The translations under genes were made by a program, and so were the position numbers. Below, piece after piece: positions 10,201 through 19,876 of a stretch of 64,000 bases of DNA; positions within the stretch are counted from its first letter, which is position 1, and each line of letters opens with the position of its first letter. The notes under the pieces were generated by a model that searched no databases, was not told the origin of the DNA, and saw nothing but the letters and a program-made list of their open reading frames with translations. The stretch is from Fidelibacterota bacterium (GTDB lineage: Bacteria > Fidelibacterota > UBA8477 > JABMPR01), in the NCBI GenBank assembly GCA_024278595.1, contig JAJRSW010000002.1, positions 11,945 to 75,944 on the forward strand. Direction: 5' to 3'.

Positions 10201-10396
10201 GGTAAGCTTAATCGTATATGATATCAAGGGCAGGGAAGTAAAGCACCTGGTAAATCGTGTGAAAGCGGCTGGTTATTACGAATCAAGCTGGGATGGACTC
10301 GATACAGGCGGGCAACAAGTAGCAGCGGGTGTATACCTGGCTCGAATCCAAGCTGGTGATTATGCGAGTGTGGTTAAAATGGTTTATCTGCAATAA
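7268..10396 (+). CDS. Large secreted LVIVD-repeat beta-propeller protein with a canonical T9SS C-terminal sorting domain
   Basis: Repeated motifs GLTVVDIEDINNPQ, GLATVDISDPSDPE, GIQIIEISDPANME, LAIINVSNPLVPQ, LQILDIESPTQP, GIQIVDVSDPTNP. C-terminus LDQNYPNPFNPVTTIGFTLP...VYLARI...KMVYLQ. An alternative start at 7310 is possible. Confidence 0.85.
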   Translation: MTRVTSRAVKLNRIMNYILITGLIILFGLSEPLQLRGSNRVDTYVAAIDQQTENPDSNLTAISHWGMGKPGKTVQHYDYTISSCGAEIQIVSRWDPAQPELAHRTACSALILDFCYENHAIFTAEGYAGVSVFAANIFPGRDVVETLDLPGEVLAVSALDGILVVGGRAMDLHVYDITSRFDPVLIGTILMTSVVTRLELVSDKLLIQLEDGWQYYQVSNQTLPVLLHEIDLAGVVHSELNISEDLLYVGTQDSTLSIYSLADSLDPVFINEFYLNTPFVEFEVYENKVYLATPESGILIYELGVIGASQYAVIPYEGSISHVMLDDNNLIITDPDYGLIYYEINSISDWVTYSSCPIAELGLDIQRDGDFLYIGDGMQGLTVVDIEDINNPQMISNIPVTEWVRSICIQDNIAFLSCELGGLATVDISDPSDPEVLTIMDIEGEAFEFVTQGSYGFLAAGGGGIQIIEISDPANMEVVYQIGNGLSFAIDIHDSILVASSDLGELAIINVSNPLVPQILSTIYPMGEVNDIEIYRNTVYVLMDMGLQILDIESPTQPLELGFLEMFIDPMMGNADYQNDKVYIASPTEEGIQIVDVSDPTNPFIDGFINSMEPVGILVDGPYLFATRWQSLNIYHQELYSQIAMFPMSYPISNIQVHEGYAFLAAEAAGLMVVDVLPPNDLDIVEIAPGGPSEIISISENLLISLDNHNTLSLYGIDIPQLVLLDTISVELETGVSGIVLQGQTIGLNSMTGWLSLLSVGDGYNLEMMATIPIQGEQFYPLLHLDNDRAYVGVMDSLLAFDISDLLSPIALEPIATTGHPILMDDNILVCTNMAGDISLYSVVSGNSIEPLFEGLSLGFEPISSHMEDHLLYFVGDPSFDEDGQSPLIMIDINDPEDPQIAGGLLRRTIFTGIDSHADQVFVSTLTEGFLIYDNERYIPVSIDPAPGLITQYTLDQNYPNPFNPVTTIGFTLPERVQVSLIVYDIKGREVKHLVNRVKAAGYYESSWDGLDTGGQQVAAGVYLARIQAGDYASVVKMVYLQ

Positions 10397-10427
10397 GGAA
10401 GGTTCCCCTTTTCTTGGATGATTATTT

Positions 10428-10472
10428 GAGAGCCCCTGTCCAGAGGATGGGGGCGCTCAATTTAAAATTTTA
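10428..10472 (+). terminator. Probable intrinsic terminator after the LVIVD gene
   Basis: GAGAGCCCC-loop-GGGGGCGCTC stem with one mismatch, followed by an A/T-rich tract AATTTAAAATTTT. Confidence 0.55.
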
Positions 10473-10992
10473 ACAGGTGGCAAAAACCAAGGTTTATGAG
10501 ACTAAATTCCTAGACCCAGTCAAGTCCCTGCGGACGCAGGAAACAGAGTCTCAAAACCCGGCTGAAATCAAAGTACCTTAATTATCGATTTTTTAACGGT
10601 GTCGGGGCACATTAACGCCACCAATTATTGAATTACGCAATTCCGATTTAAGGGAGCTTGTAATCTCGTTGCCATGTATTGATGAAAGGGTATTGAGACA
10701 TTTCTAATTGGCTAGTTTCCAAGTTCCGGCTAAAAGATATAACTGTTGTAATATATAAGGTTATGATAAGTAAGGATAGTTGGGGATTTTAAGTCCTCGG
10801 AATCGGCCTGTAAGTAATGGTGTACTGATTGGATGCAGGAGTTATTGAGTTGGCGTGGAGCGCATGATTATTTTCTAAATATGCCTGCTGCGATGTAGCT
10901 CTGTTAGGGGGATGGATTTAATTGTCCAGTCGTCGCCTCGTTGTTACTCAGCTTTGGCGCAATCGACTTCACTCAATTAGAGCGAAGTCGAG

Positions 10993-11077
10993 TACCCGGG
11001 GCCGGAGTCGAACCGGCACAGCTTTGAAGGCCGAGGGATTTTAAGTCCCTTGTGTCTACCAATTCCACCACCCGGGC
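10993..11077 (-). tRNA. tRNA-Leu (anticodon TAA), long variable arm
   Basis: Minus strand: GCCCGGGTGGTGGAATTGGTAGACACAAGGGACTTAAAATCCCTCGGCC...GGTTCGACTCC..CCCGGGTA. Anticodon loop CTTAAAA. T-loop GGTTCGA. G1-U72 wobble. Confidence 0.9.
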
Positions 11078-11089
11078 TGACACTATTAA

Positions 11090-11145
11090 TTACGAATTAG
11101 GAATTACGAATTACGAGTTACGAGTTACGAGTTACGAGTTACGAG
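11090..11145. repeat. Heptanucleotide tandem array (8 units: TTACGAA, TTAGGAA, TTACGAA, TTACGAG x5) filling the tRNA-Leu/tRNA-Cys spacer
   Basis: Read directly. The 7-nt phase continues into TTGGCCA ATTCCTA ATTGGTA. AATTAGGAATT and AATTCCTAATT form an inverted pair around the array. Confidence 0.9.
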
Positions 11146-11189
11146 TTGGCCAATTCCTAATTGGTAATTGAAAATTCCTAATTAAATCG

Positions 11190-11264
11190 AGGCGTGGGTC
11201 GGATTCGAACCGGCGAATGATGGTTTTGCAAACCACTCCCTTAGACCAACTTGGGCACCACGCC
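11190..11264 (-). tRNA. tRNA-Cys (anticodon GCA)
   Basis: Minus strand: GGCGTGGTGCCCAAGTTGGTCTAAGGGAGTGGTTTGCAAAACCATCATTCGCCGGTTCGAATCCGACCCACGCCT. Perfect 7-bp acceptor stem. Anticodon loop TTGCAAA. Confidence 0.93.
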
Positions 11265-11279
11265 ATAAAAAAGCGGCTG

Positions 11280-11308
11280 AATATAACTGTCGACTTATGC
11301 CAAGTCAA
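11280..11308 (-). promoter_or_regulatory. Sigma-70-type promoter for the tRNA-Cys/tRNA-Leu unit (TTGACT-N17-TATATT)
   Basis: Minus strand: TTGACT tggcataagtcgacagt TATATT. It ends 15 nt upstream of the mature tRNA-Cys 5' end. Confidence 0.6.
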
Positions 11309-11323
11309 AAGAAGATAGTTCTA

Positions 11324-11435
11324 AGAAGACAGAATCGAGAAGACAGAATCCAGAAGACAGAATTCAGAATTCAGGAGTCAGAATTCAGAATTCAGGAGTC
11401 AGAATTCAGAATTCAGGAGTCAGAATCCAGAAGGT
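11324..11435. repeat. Heptanucleotide tandem array, 16 units of AGAAnnC/AGGAGTC, including three 21-bp units AGAATTCAGAATTCAGGAGTC
   Basis: Read directly, with unbroken 7-nt phase. Two inverted heptads (GAATTCTGAATTCT) lie at 11457-11470. Confidence 0.9.
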
Positions 11436-11480
11436 GTAATGATGATTCTTACTACTGAATTCTGAATTCTATACTCTAAC

Positions 11481-11512
11481 AAAAAAAAAGAGGCTACCCT
11501 AGGGCAGCCTCT
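11481..11512 (-). terminator. Rho-independent terminator of groEL
   Basis: Minus strand: GAGGCTGCCCTAGGGTAGCCTC hairpin followed by T9. Confidence 0.85.
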
Positions 11513-11537
11513 CGATAATCAATGAATTAGTGGACTA

Positions 11538-13193
<1,656 letters not shown>

Positions 13194-13257
13194 TCATTAC
13201 TTTTTTAACGATTGTCAGCGTCTGCTGACTCAATAAATTTTCAATACAGGAGCACCA

Positions 13258-13284
13258 TTGGCACTCCAAGCTTTAGAGCGCCAA
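13258..13284. promoter_or_regulatory. CIRCE-like HrcA operator (TTGGCACTC-N9-GAGCGCCAA)
   Basis: Consensus is TTAGCACTC-N9-GAGTGCTAA. The inverted repeat has one arm mismatch. It starts 80 nt upstream of the groEL start and directly abuts the -10 box. Confidence 0.75.
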
Positions 13285-13313
13285 ATTATATTCGAGTTAC
13301 AAGCTGAGTCCAA
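13285..13313 (-). promoter_or_regulatory. Sigma-70-type groEL promoter (TTGGAC-N17-TATAAT)
   Basis: Minus strand: TTGGAC tcagcttgtaactcgaa TATAAT, immediately followed by CIRCE. This is the classical arrangement for HrcA-controlled promoters. Confidence 0.65.
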
Positions 13314-13385
13314 GAAAAATGATTGTTTTTTTTACAGGAATTTAGAAGCCAGAATTTGGACTAAAAGACCTTTCAGCAACCTGCA

Positions 13386-13416
13386 ACTTCCGACTTTCAG
13401 CCTTTCGACTTCTGAT
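13386..13416. repeat. GACTTTC/GACTTCT short repeat cluster just downstream of dut
   Basis: ACTTCCGACTTTCAGCCTTTCGACTTCTGATTC. It shares the CGACTTTCAG and CGACTT units with 4233 and 20751, but its periodicity is imperfect. Confidence 0.5.
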
Positions 13417-13854
13417 TCAACTCCCCGTACTTCCAAACCCGCCAGTTCCCCGGCTGGTGTCGCTGAGTTGGTCAACCAATTCAAAACTGATGGCTGATCC
13501 ATCCATGGCCACCAATTGAAAGAGTCGATCCCCGGCAGATACGGCATAGTCTGTGGTTTTGATGTTATCGACCATGGCTATGATCTCACCGCGATACCCT
13601 CCATCAATGAGCCCAATGGAATTTGACATCCTCAGCGGGGTCTTAGAGATACTTGAACGGGGCATGAGATAGTAGGGCTGGCCGGAAGCTGTCTCGCAGG
13701 ATATTTGCAATTTAAGAGCAGAAGTATCACCAGCTCTGACCAGGATATCCTCCATGATAAAAAGATCCAGGCCGGCATCCCCGGCATGATAATGACTATG
13801 TTGAGCATACTTTTCCCGGGCTGCTGAATTATGAGGGCGAATTTTGATGTGCAT
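13417..13854 (-). CDS. dut: dUTP diphosphatase (trimeric dUTPase)
   Basis: Five dUTPase motifs: AGDAGLDL, PRSS, GLIDGGYRGE, DRLFQLV, RGTGGFGSTG. Confidence 0.93.
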   Translation of the reverse strand: MHIKIRPHNSAAREKYAQHSHYHAGDAGLDLFIMEDILVRAGDTSALKLQISCETASGQPYYLMPRSSISKTPLRMSNSIGLIDGGYRGEIIAMVDNIKTTDYAVSAGDRLFQLVAMDGSAISFELVDQLSDTSRGTGGFGSTGS

Positions 13855-13972
13855 GATGTCTCCAGTTTATTTTTGGACCCTGAGCCCGCAGGGACCAGGA
13901 CCCAGACCATCGATTTGACTTCCATTGTTTAAGTATCAACATTCAATTTAGCCTGCAATGACCTCGGTGAGC

Positions 13973-16900
13973 TCAGTCCCTGCTACTAAAAAGGTGCAGG
14001 ATCTTGAACCGCCAGGTTTTCCGGTAGCGTTCTGCTTTAGCCCAACGTTCGCGCCGCTCCAGGTCAGGCGTGATCTCCGTGAACCCCAGACTTTCGTAGA
14101 CACCTGAATGGATCCGCTGACGCCAATCAAAATAATTGGGATATTTATTAGCCCGCAGGGGATGCACGGCGTTGGTGAGCAGGATAACAAAGATCTGATT
14201 ATCGGGATCGATCCAGATCGAGGTTCCTGTGAACCCCGTGTGACCAAAACTATTTGGGCTCAAATAAATACCGCCCGAACTAGCCCCGGAGGGACTATCC
14301 CAACCCAGACAGCGTGACCGTCCATCTTCCGCTTCACCAACCAGGTTCGCTCGTTGAGTAAATAGTTCGATGGTTTCCGGTTTAAAAATGATCGTGTCAC
14401 CCAATTGACCCTGGTTAAGCATCATTTGAGCAAACCTGGCCAGGTCCAATGCCACTGAGAACAGACCGGCATGACCGGTAATACCACCCAGTGAATGAGA
14501 ATTTTCATCATGAACATAGCCCTGGACATACGCACTATCAATTTCGCTGTATTCAGTCGGGACGATCTGTGCCAGGGGAGCATCAGGGAGATAGCCGGTT
14601 GTGGACATGGCCAGGGGGGTGAAAATTAAACTGTCGGTCAATGTTTTCAGATCTGTACCCGCTATCTGTTCGAGAACCTTCCCCAGGGTGATAAGGCCAA
14701 TGTCCGAATAACGATACCTGGTACCCGGTAAAGTATCCAACTCAGCCTGGAAAACACTGTCCAGCAGTGCTTCAGGTGATGGAGCATCCATATTATAAAA
14801 CCGTTTGAACGGCTTCATACCCGCTGTGTGAGTGAGGAGTTGTTTAATGGTTATGGTCCGTTTGAGCGCAGTATTCAGCGAATCTGGCCCTGAAAATTCA
14901 GGAAGATAGGATACAACCGTTGAATCCAGCTCAAGCTGGCCTGACTCATACAGTTTCATGGCGGCTGAGGTCGTGGCGATCACTTTGGTCATTGATGCCA
15001 GATCAAAGATATCACCCCGATAGGTATGGCGCTCCTGGGAATAGGTATGGGATCCAAAATATTCATGGAGAAAAATCTTACCGTCCCTGGCTGCCAACAG
15101 GACACCACCTGGCCAGGCATGTTCTTCCAGCGCCTGATTTACCCAGGGCATGATCTGGCCTGGATCAGCACCTAATTCTTCGGGAGCCACATGAAATAGC
15201 AGGCTCTGATCAGACTTGTCAATCACTACATCCTTGGTGAAGGAACCCTGTGCCAGACCATTACGGCTGAGGCCCTGACCGCGGTCGGCTATGCCGGGAA
15301 TAGTTATTGGAAGCGTGCCTGAAATGTTTGTCTGGCCCAGAATAGCCTGGGCCACTGCCTTTTGCATCTCGGTCTGGGAACTATAAGACACCAGATAGCT
15401 TGGGACTTCTGGAAAGGATCGGATCAGATAGGGTGTCCCAAAACTATTGACCAACAGCCGCGGGGTCTTCCGGGCCAATTCTTTGATGAAGCTGCTCTGG
15501 CGCTCCTGGAGATACACCCGGTTCTTGTTCATTTTGATACTGCTGAAGACATTCACGATCACATCGGCCGAATCAGGAATTTCATTCAGGATATTCGTGT
15601 AATAAGATTCAGGGTCAGTATTGTCCACTGCGTGAGAAACAGTATGGGGCAGTAAACGGACCAACTGTCTTCTCACCGTGGTCAGATCATGATCGAAGCT
15701 CCTGTCCTTGACATCAATTATGTAAACGGTATCCAGGTCTGAAATGACCAGTGGAACCATGCTCAGACTATCTTTTACCAGGGTTACCGCTGCCTGCATG
15801 ATCCGGGAGGAAACAGCCCGATTAGCCGCGCGGCCAAACGCTTTTTGGGTCTGTGTCAGATCCAGAATTTTCTTTTTGTCCAGCCCCAGCTTGGATTTAA
15901 GACTCAGGATTCTTAGTACTGACTCATCGATCCGCCCTTCACTGAGGAGTCCATCGTGAACAGCTTCTTCCACAAAATCAATGGATCTCTCATAGTCATA
16001 GTTTTGGATGATAAGGTCAGCACCGGCTTTGATGGTTTGGATTAAAGCATAGCGGTCCGAATACAGGTTGGTAATGCCACCCATTGCCATGGCATCAGTA
16101 ATGATGACACCTGAGAAACCCATCTTTTGGCGCAGGATGTCACGTAACCAATAAGGAGAAAGCGAGGCTGGTACACCGGGTTCCATTTGAAAATCACCAG
16201 CATCAAGATGCCCCACCATTACCAACTCAACGCCAGCATCGATCAAGGCTTGAAATGGCTTTAATTCTATAGCCCACAAGCGCTCTGGATCACTGGGTAT
16301 TTTGGCCAGTGAGCCGTGTGAATCGGTCTGGGTGTCGCCGTGTCCCGGAAAGTGTTTTGCTGTGGCCAACATTCCTGAGGCTTGCAGTCCTTGCATAAAT
16401 CGGGTGGCATACTGGATCACCTGATCCGGATCTTCGCTGAAAGCACGGGTGTTGATAATTGGATTTTCTGGATTATTATTGACATCCACCACGGGAGCCA
16501 AAGCCACATGGATACCCAGAGCCCGACCTTCTTCAGCCGTGATCCGACCAGCTTCAAACGCTAATTCCGGATCACCCGTGGCTGTCAGAGCCATGGGCCA
16601 GGGGAGAGCAGTACCACCTTTAAAGCGTCCCTTTAATCCATATTCCAGATCAGCCTGAACCAGTATGGGTATCTCCGAACGACGCTGCATGTCATTCAGG
16701 AGGGTGAGTGCGGAGGAAGCATCTCCACCCCAGACATGGAGCGAGCCCATGCCATCGGAGTCCAGGATACCTTGAATCTCTTTCCATTGGGCCGATTCAG
16801 CGGATAAATAGTCCAAACGCATGTGATAGACCATCATCTGGGCGATCTTTTGCCGAAGTGTGAGCCGTTTAAGGGTCTGCCTGGCCCAGGGTGATGCATC

Positions 16901-16987
16901 CACAAGTGTCGTTCGGGTGCTGCAAGTGACCAGGAGCAGCAGGATCAATCCACCTAGAAGTGGTCTCAATAGTCGAGGAAATGTCAT
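13973..16987 (-). CDS. Secreted fusion protein: GH3 beta-N-acetylhexosaminidase (NagZ-like) N-terminal half + serine beta-lactamase/PBP-like hydrolase C-terminal half
   Basis: Signal peptide. GH3 motif KHFPGHGDTQTDSH. C-terminal half has SMTK (SxxK), YSD and GHTGFTG (K/HTG) motifs. Confidence 0.85.
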   Translation of the reverse strand: MTFPRLLRPLLGGLILLLLVTCSTRTTLVDASPWARQTLKRLTLRQKIAQMMVYHMRLDYLSAESAQWKEIQGILDSDGMGSLHVWGGDASSALTLLNDMQRRSEIPILVQADLEYGLKGRFKGGTALPWPMALTATGDPELAFEAGRITAEEGRALGIHVALAPVVDVNNNPENPIINTRAFSEDPDQVIQYATRFMQGLQASGMLATAKHFPGHGDTQTDSHGSLAKIPSDPERLWAIELKPFQALIDAGVELVMVGHLDAGDFQMEPGVPASLSPYWLRDILRQKMGFSGVIITDAMAMGGITNLYSDRYALIQTIKAGADLIIQNYDYERSIDFVEEAVHDGLLSEGRIDESVLRILSLKSKLGLDKKKILDLTQTQKAFGRAANRAVSSRIMQAAVTLVKDSLSMVPLVISDLDTVYIIDVKDRSFDHDLTTVRRQLVRLLPHTVSHAVDNTDPESYYTNILNEIPDSADVIVNVFSSIKMNKNRVYLQERQSSFIKELARKTPRLLVNSFGTPYLIRSFPEVPSYLVSYSSQTEMQKAVAQAILGQTNISGTLPITIPGIADRGQGLSRNGLAQGSFTKDVVIDKSDQSLLFHVAPEELGADPGQIMPWVNQALEEHAWPGGVLLAARDGKIFLHEYFGSHTYSQERHTYRGDIFDLASMTKVIATTSAAMKLYESGQLELDSTVVSYLPEFSGPDSLNTALKRTITIKQLLTHTAGMKPFKRFYNMDAPSPEALLDSVFQAELDTLPGTRYRYSDIGLITLGKVLEQIAGTDLKTLTDSLIFTPLAMSTTGYLPDAPLAQIVPTEYSEIDSAYVQGYVHDENSHSLGGITGHAGLFSVALDLARFAQMMLNQGQLGDTIIFKPETIELFTQRANLVGEAEDGRSRCLGWDSPSGASSGGIYLSPNSFGHTGFTGTSIWIDPDNQIFVILLTNAVHPLRANKYPNYFDWRQRIHSGVYESLGFTEITPDLERRERWAKAERYRKTWRFKILHLFSSRD

Positions 16988-17148
16988 TGGAAATCCTGAA
17001 TTATTAAACTGCCACGAGTTAGCCGTGTGTGCCCACTATTCGTCATCCCCAACGGAGTCGAGAAATTTAAATCCCTAGGCGAAGGTAGCAGGAAGTAAAA
17101 TATTACGAAAAACATGGGTCGGCTTATATTGTATTTCTACCAGATGGA

Positions 17149-18366
17149 TCAAAAATGAGTGAACGGTGTGTGGTCTGCGGCCAGCGCCCTGATTAATGCT
17201 TCATGGCTGGGTGTTAAACTGAGATTTCTCCTGCCCAACACCCGTTTGGCCGTGTCGATGGCCTTATCCAGCTCGTGGGTGCCATTACCCCATGAAAAAG
17301 AGGGCATGGCCCGTGGTGGAAAATCCTCCTGGAATACATTACAAAAAGTGCCTATCAAAGTCCCGGTATTCAGACGGACACCAATAGCGGTCTTGCTGTG
17401 ATCGCCCAGGATGGTGCCCAGGAATTGACGTTCCGTGTCATAGTTATTGCCAGCCCATGAAACCCGGATGGCCTGGTAGTTATTTTTGAGATTACTGGTA
17501 ATCGTACCAGCGCCAATATTGATCCATGAGCCTAAAATAGAGTCTCCCAGGAAACCAGCGTGGCTTTTATTGGAATAGGGGTGGAGAATGGAACCTTTGA
17601 TCTCACCTCCCAGATTACAGACCTGACCCACCACTGAATGCCTGATGGAAGTACCTGGTTTTATTGTCGAACGTTTACCCAGGTAAAGGGGACCCTCCAG
17701 GGCTGAGAAAGGGCTGACCTTGCAATCCTCATCAATGATGATGGGGCCGTGACTGGCATCCAGATGAACATATTTGCTGATCTGAGCTGTGTTGGAGATA
17801 TAAATATGGCGATCATCCAGAGTAGATAGCTCCGCAGGCAGTCGGGGAAGAAAATCATTGTCTTTTTTCCAGAGTTGCAGGTCAAAGTCCAGGGCTGGTG
17901 AGATGAGATCCAGGTAATCCCAGATCCATCCGGGGAGCGCTGGGAGGTCGTCCAGATCTCCTGCGAAGGCAGTTAATCCAGCCAATTCGCTGTGAAAGCC
18001 GGTTGAAAACTTGAGCGTTTTACCGGGTTTGGCAGCCAGTACCACCCCAGCCTTGAGAATAACACCGCAATTTTCAGGTCTTAGTTTGGTGATCATGTCA
18101 GAATACATCCAGGCCGGGAGGGCGGCATTCAGGAAAATAGTGTTTTCGTCGGCAGGCTGATTGATCTGTAACTCTGGGTATTTGGATTCATGGTCTGCTT
18201 TAAGAATCGGGCGGATCCACAAACTGATGGGATCACTTCCAAGCGTTTTTTGAGCGCGTTCAAGATTCGAATAGATCCCATAGCGCAATTCTGCCACGGA
18301 CCTGAGAAGTGTCAGGGGGCCAAATGGAGCAAGATTCTCCGGCTCAAACAAAATGAGGGAACTCAT
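17149..18366 (-). CDS. Putative sugar nucleotidyltransferase/acetyltransferase with a left-handed beta-helix (alternative GlmU-like family)
   Basis: N-terminus LILFEPENLAPFGPLTLLRSVAELRYGI resembles the alt-GlmU family. The C-terminal half has hexapeptide-repeat character (GDSILGSWINIGAGTITSNL..). Confidence 0.65.
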   Translation of the reverse strand: MSSLILFEPENLAPFGPLTLLRSVAELRYGIYSNLERAQKTLGSDPISLWIRPILKADHESKYPELQINQPADENTIFLNAALPAWMYSDMITKLRPENCGVILKAGVVLAAKPGKTLKFSTGFHSELAGLTAFAGDLDDLPALPGWIWDYLDLISPALDFDLQLWKKDNDFLPRLPAELSTLDDRHIYISNTAQISKYVHLDASHGPIIIDEDCKVSPFSALEGPLYLGKRSTIKPGTSIRHSVVGQVCNLGGEIKGSILHPYSNKSHAGFLGDSILGSWINIGAGTITSNLKNNYQAIRVSWAGNNYDTERQFLGTILGDHSKTAIGVRLNTGTLIGTFCNVFQEDFPPRAMPSFSWGNGTHELDKAIDTAKRVLGRRNLSLTPSHEALIRALAADHTPFTHF

Positions 18367-18588
18367 GAAGGGCTGATCCTATCGTTCAATAATGAGTAGG
18401 GGTTGTTCACTGAAGAATGTAAGCGGACTCGCTATTGAATCAATAAACAAAGCGTTGACAATAGTAAGTAAAAAAGATTAACTTACCGCCTCGTAATTAT
18501 AGCTGATACAGAAGATTGTAAAGTGGGTCTGCACAAACTTTAATTCCATAGGTGGTGCGGGGTCTGGTTTGATTTAGGATGGAGTACC

Positions 18589-19839
18589 ATGAAAAAATCC
18601 AATTTCCATTTTGTGAGACAGATCAATGAGATCTCCGTGCTGCGGATCGTTAGGGATGAAGGTCCTATATCAAGATCTGAGGTCGCTCGTAAAATGGGTG
18701 TTTCCAAAGTTATCATTGGCGGTATTGTAAAACGACTTATTGAAACCCGGATCTTGTTCGAGATCGGGAAGGGGCAATCTACAGTTCAAGGTGGTCGCCG
18801 GCCTGTGATGCTGCAGTTCAACGCCGATGCCGGTCTGGCAGTTGGCATTGAGGTCCATCTACACCGGGCGAACATTCTGATCACGAATATGAATGCCGAA
18901 ATACTGCATGAGGGAACCGTTAATTTTAAGGACAATACTAGTCCCCAGTCAATTCTCAAGCGAATTGTAAAAAATATTGAAAAATTGGTAGATGACGACG
19001 AGAAAATGTCGTCTGTTCTGGGGGTAGGAGTAGCACTTCCAGGTTTGATGGAGTATGAAACGGGCTCTATCCTGAGCAGCCATTCTCTGAAGGCCTGGGA
19101 GGGGTATCCAATTCGGACATTTTTAGAGGATAAGCTGGATACCAAGGTATACATTGAAAATGACGTCAAAACCATCACACTGGGCGAATATCACTGGGGT
19201 GCTGGACAGGATGCCAAAAATGTAGTGTATATCTGGTTGGGCGAGGGGATCGGTGCCGGCATCATCATCAATGGTGATATCTATCGCGGCATCACCTCAT
19301 CAGCTGGTGAAGTTGGTTATACTGAGATCTCAGCCCGGGGCATCAACCGAGGCAGATTCCCAATTTTATATCAGGGCCAGCACCGCTTTGGTGAGATCCT
19401 CACTACCCGCAACCTGGAGCTAAGCATGCTGGAAGCGGTGAATGCCAATGGCAAGCAGACCCTGTTAAATAAAAATGACATCAATCTGAATGCCATCGCT
19501 ACCGCCTCAAAAAAGGGTGATGAACTCGCCCAGGATGCTTTAAAAGAATTCGGCCAGATCCTGGGGGTCCTTGTAATAAGCGTGATCAATCTGTTTAACC
19601 CTGAACTGATCATCCTGGGTGGCCCCGTCATTGATAAATGTCCCTATGTATTAGAGGAAGCAACTCGTAAGGCCAAGGAAGATGTGCTTTTGGTTCCGGC
19701 GGAAATTGTAAAGATCCGGGCAGGTGCCCTGAAAAACCGAGCCGGTACCCTGGGTGCTGTTGGCATGGTGTTGCAGGATCTTTTTAAACCACCCATCGTT
19801 AATCTGGCAACCTACCGGTCTTTGATCCTGCCTGGATAA
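18589..19839 (+). CDS. ROK-family transcriptional regulator (NagC/Mlc-like: wHTH + ROK sugar-kinase fold)
   Basis: N-terminal wHTH (ISRSEVARKMGVSKVIIGGIVKRLI). ROK core (GIEV.., VALPGLM, IENDVKTITLGE, GEGIGAGII.., AGEVGY). Confidence 0.85.
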   Translation: MKKSNFHFVRQINEISVLRIVRDEGPISRSEVARKMGVSKVIIGGIVKRLIETRILFEIGKGQSTVQGGRRPVMLQFNADAGLAVGIEVHLHRANILITNMNAEILHEGTVNFKDNTSPQSILKRIVKNIEKLVDDDEKMSSVLGVGVALPGLMEYETGSILSSHSLKAWEGYPIRTFLEDKLDTKVYIENDVKTITLGEYHWGAGQDAKNVVYIWLGEGIGAGIIINGDIYRGITSSAGEVGYTEISARGINRGRFPILYQGQHRFGEILTTRNLELSMLEAVNANGKQTLLNKNDINLNAIATASKKGDELAQDALKEFGQILGVLVISVINLFNPELIILGGPVIDKCPYVLEEATRKAKEDVLLVPAEIVKIRAGALKNRAGTLGAVGMVLQDLFKPPIVNLATYRSLILPG

Positions 19840-19876
19840 TGCTGATTGGATTCCTCCAGAGATGACCAGAGGCTGA

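Noticed and set aside
10783-10796. A 14-nt identity (GGGATTTTAAGTCC) with the tRNA-Leu anticodon arm, considered as an att-site remnant of an integrated element.
   Set aside because: The similarity does not extend beyond the stem-loop on either side. It does not include the tRNA 3' end. No integrase or other mobile genes are nearby. A match of this length has weak support on its own.
11090-11435. Whether the repeat arrays around tRNA-Cys could be a CRISPR array.
   Set aside because: The units are 7 nt (21 nt at most) and directly abut each other with no unique spacers. There is no leader and no cas gene. They are microsatellite/STRR-like repeats, not CRISPR.
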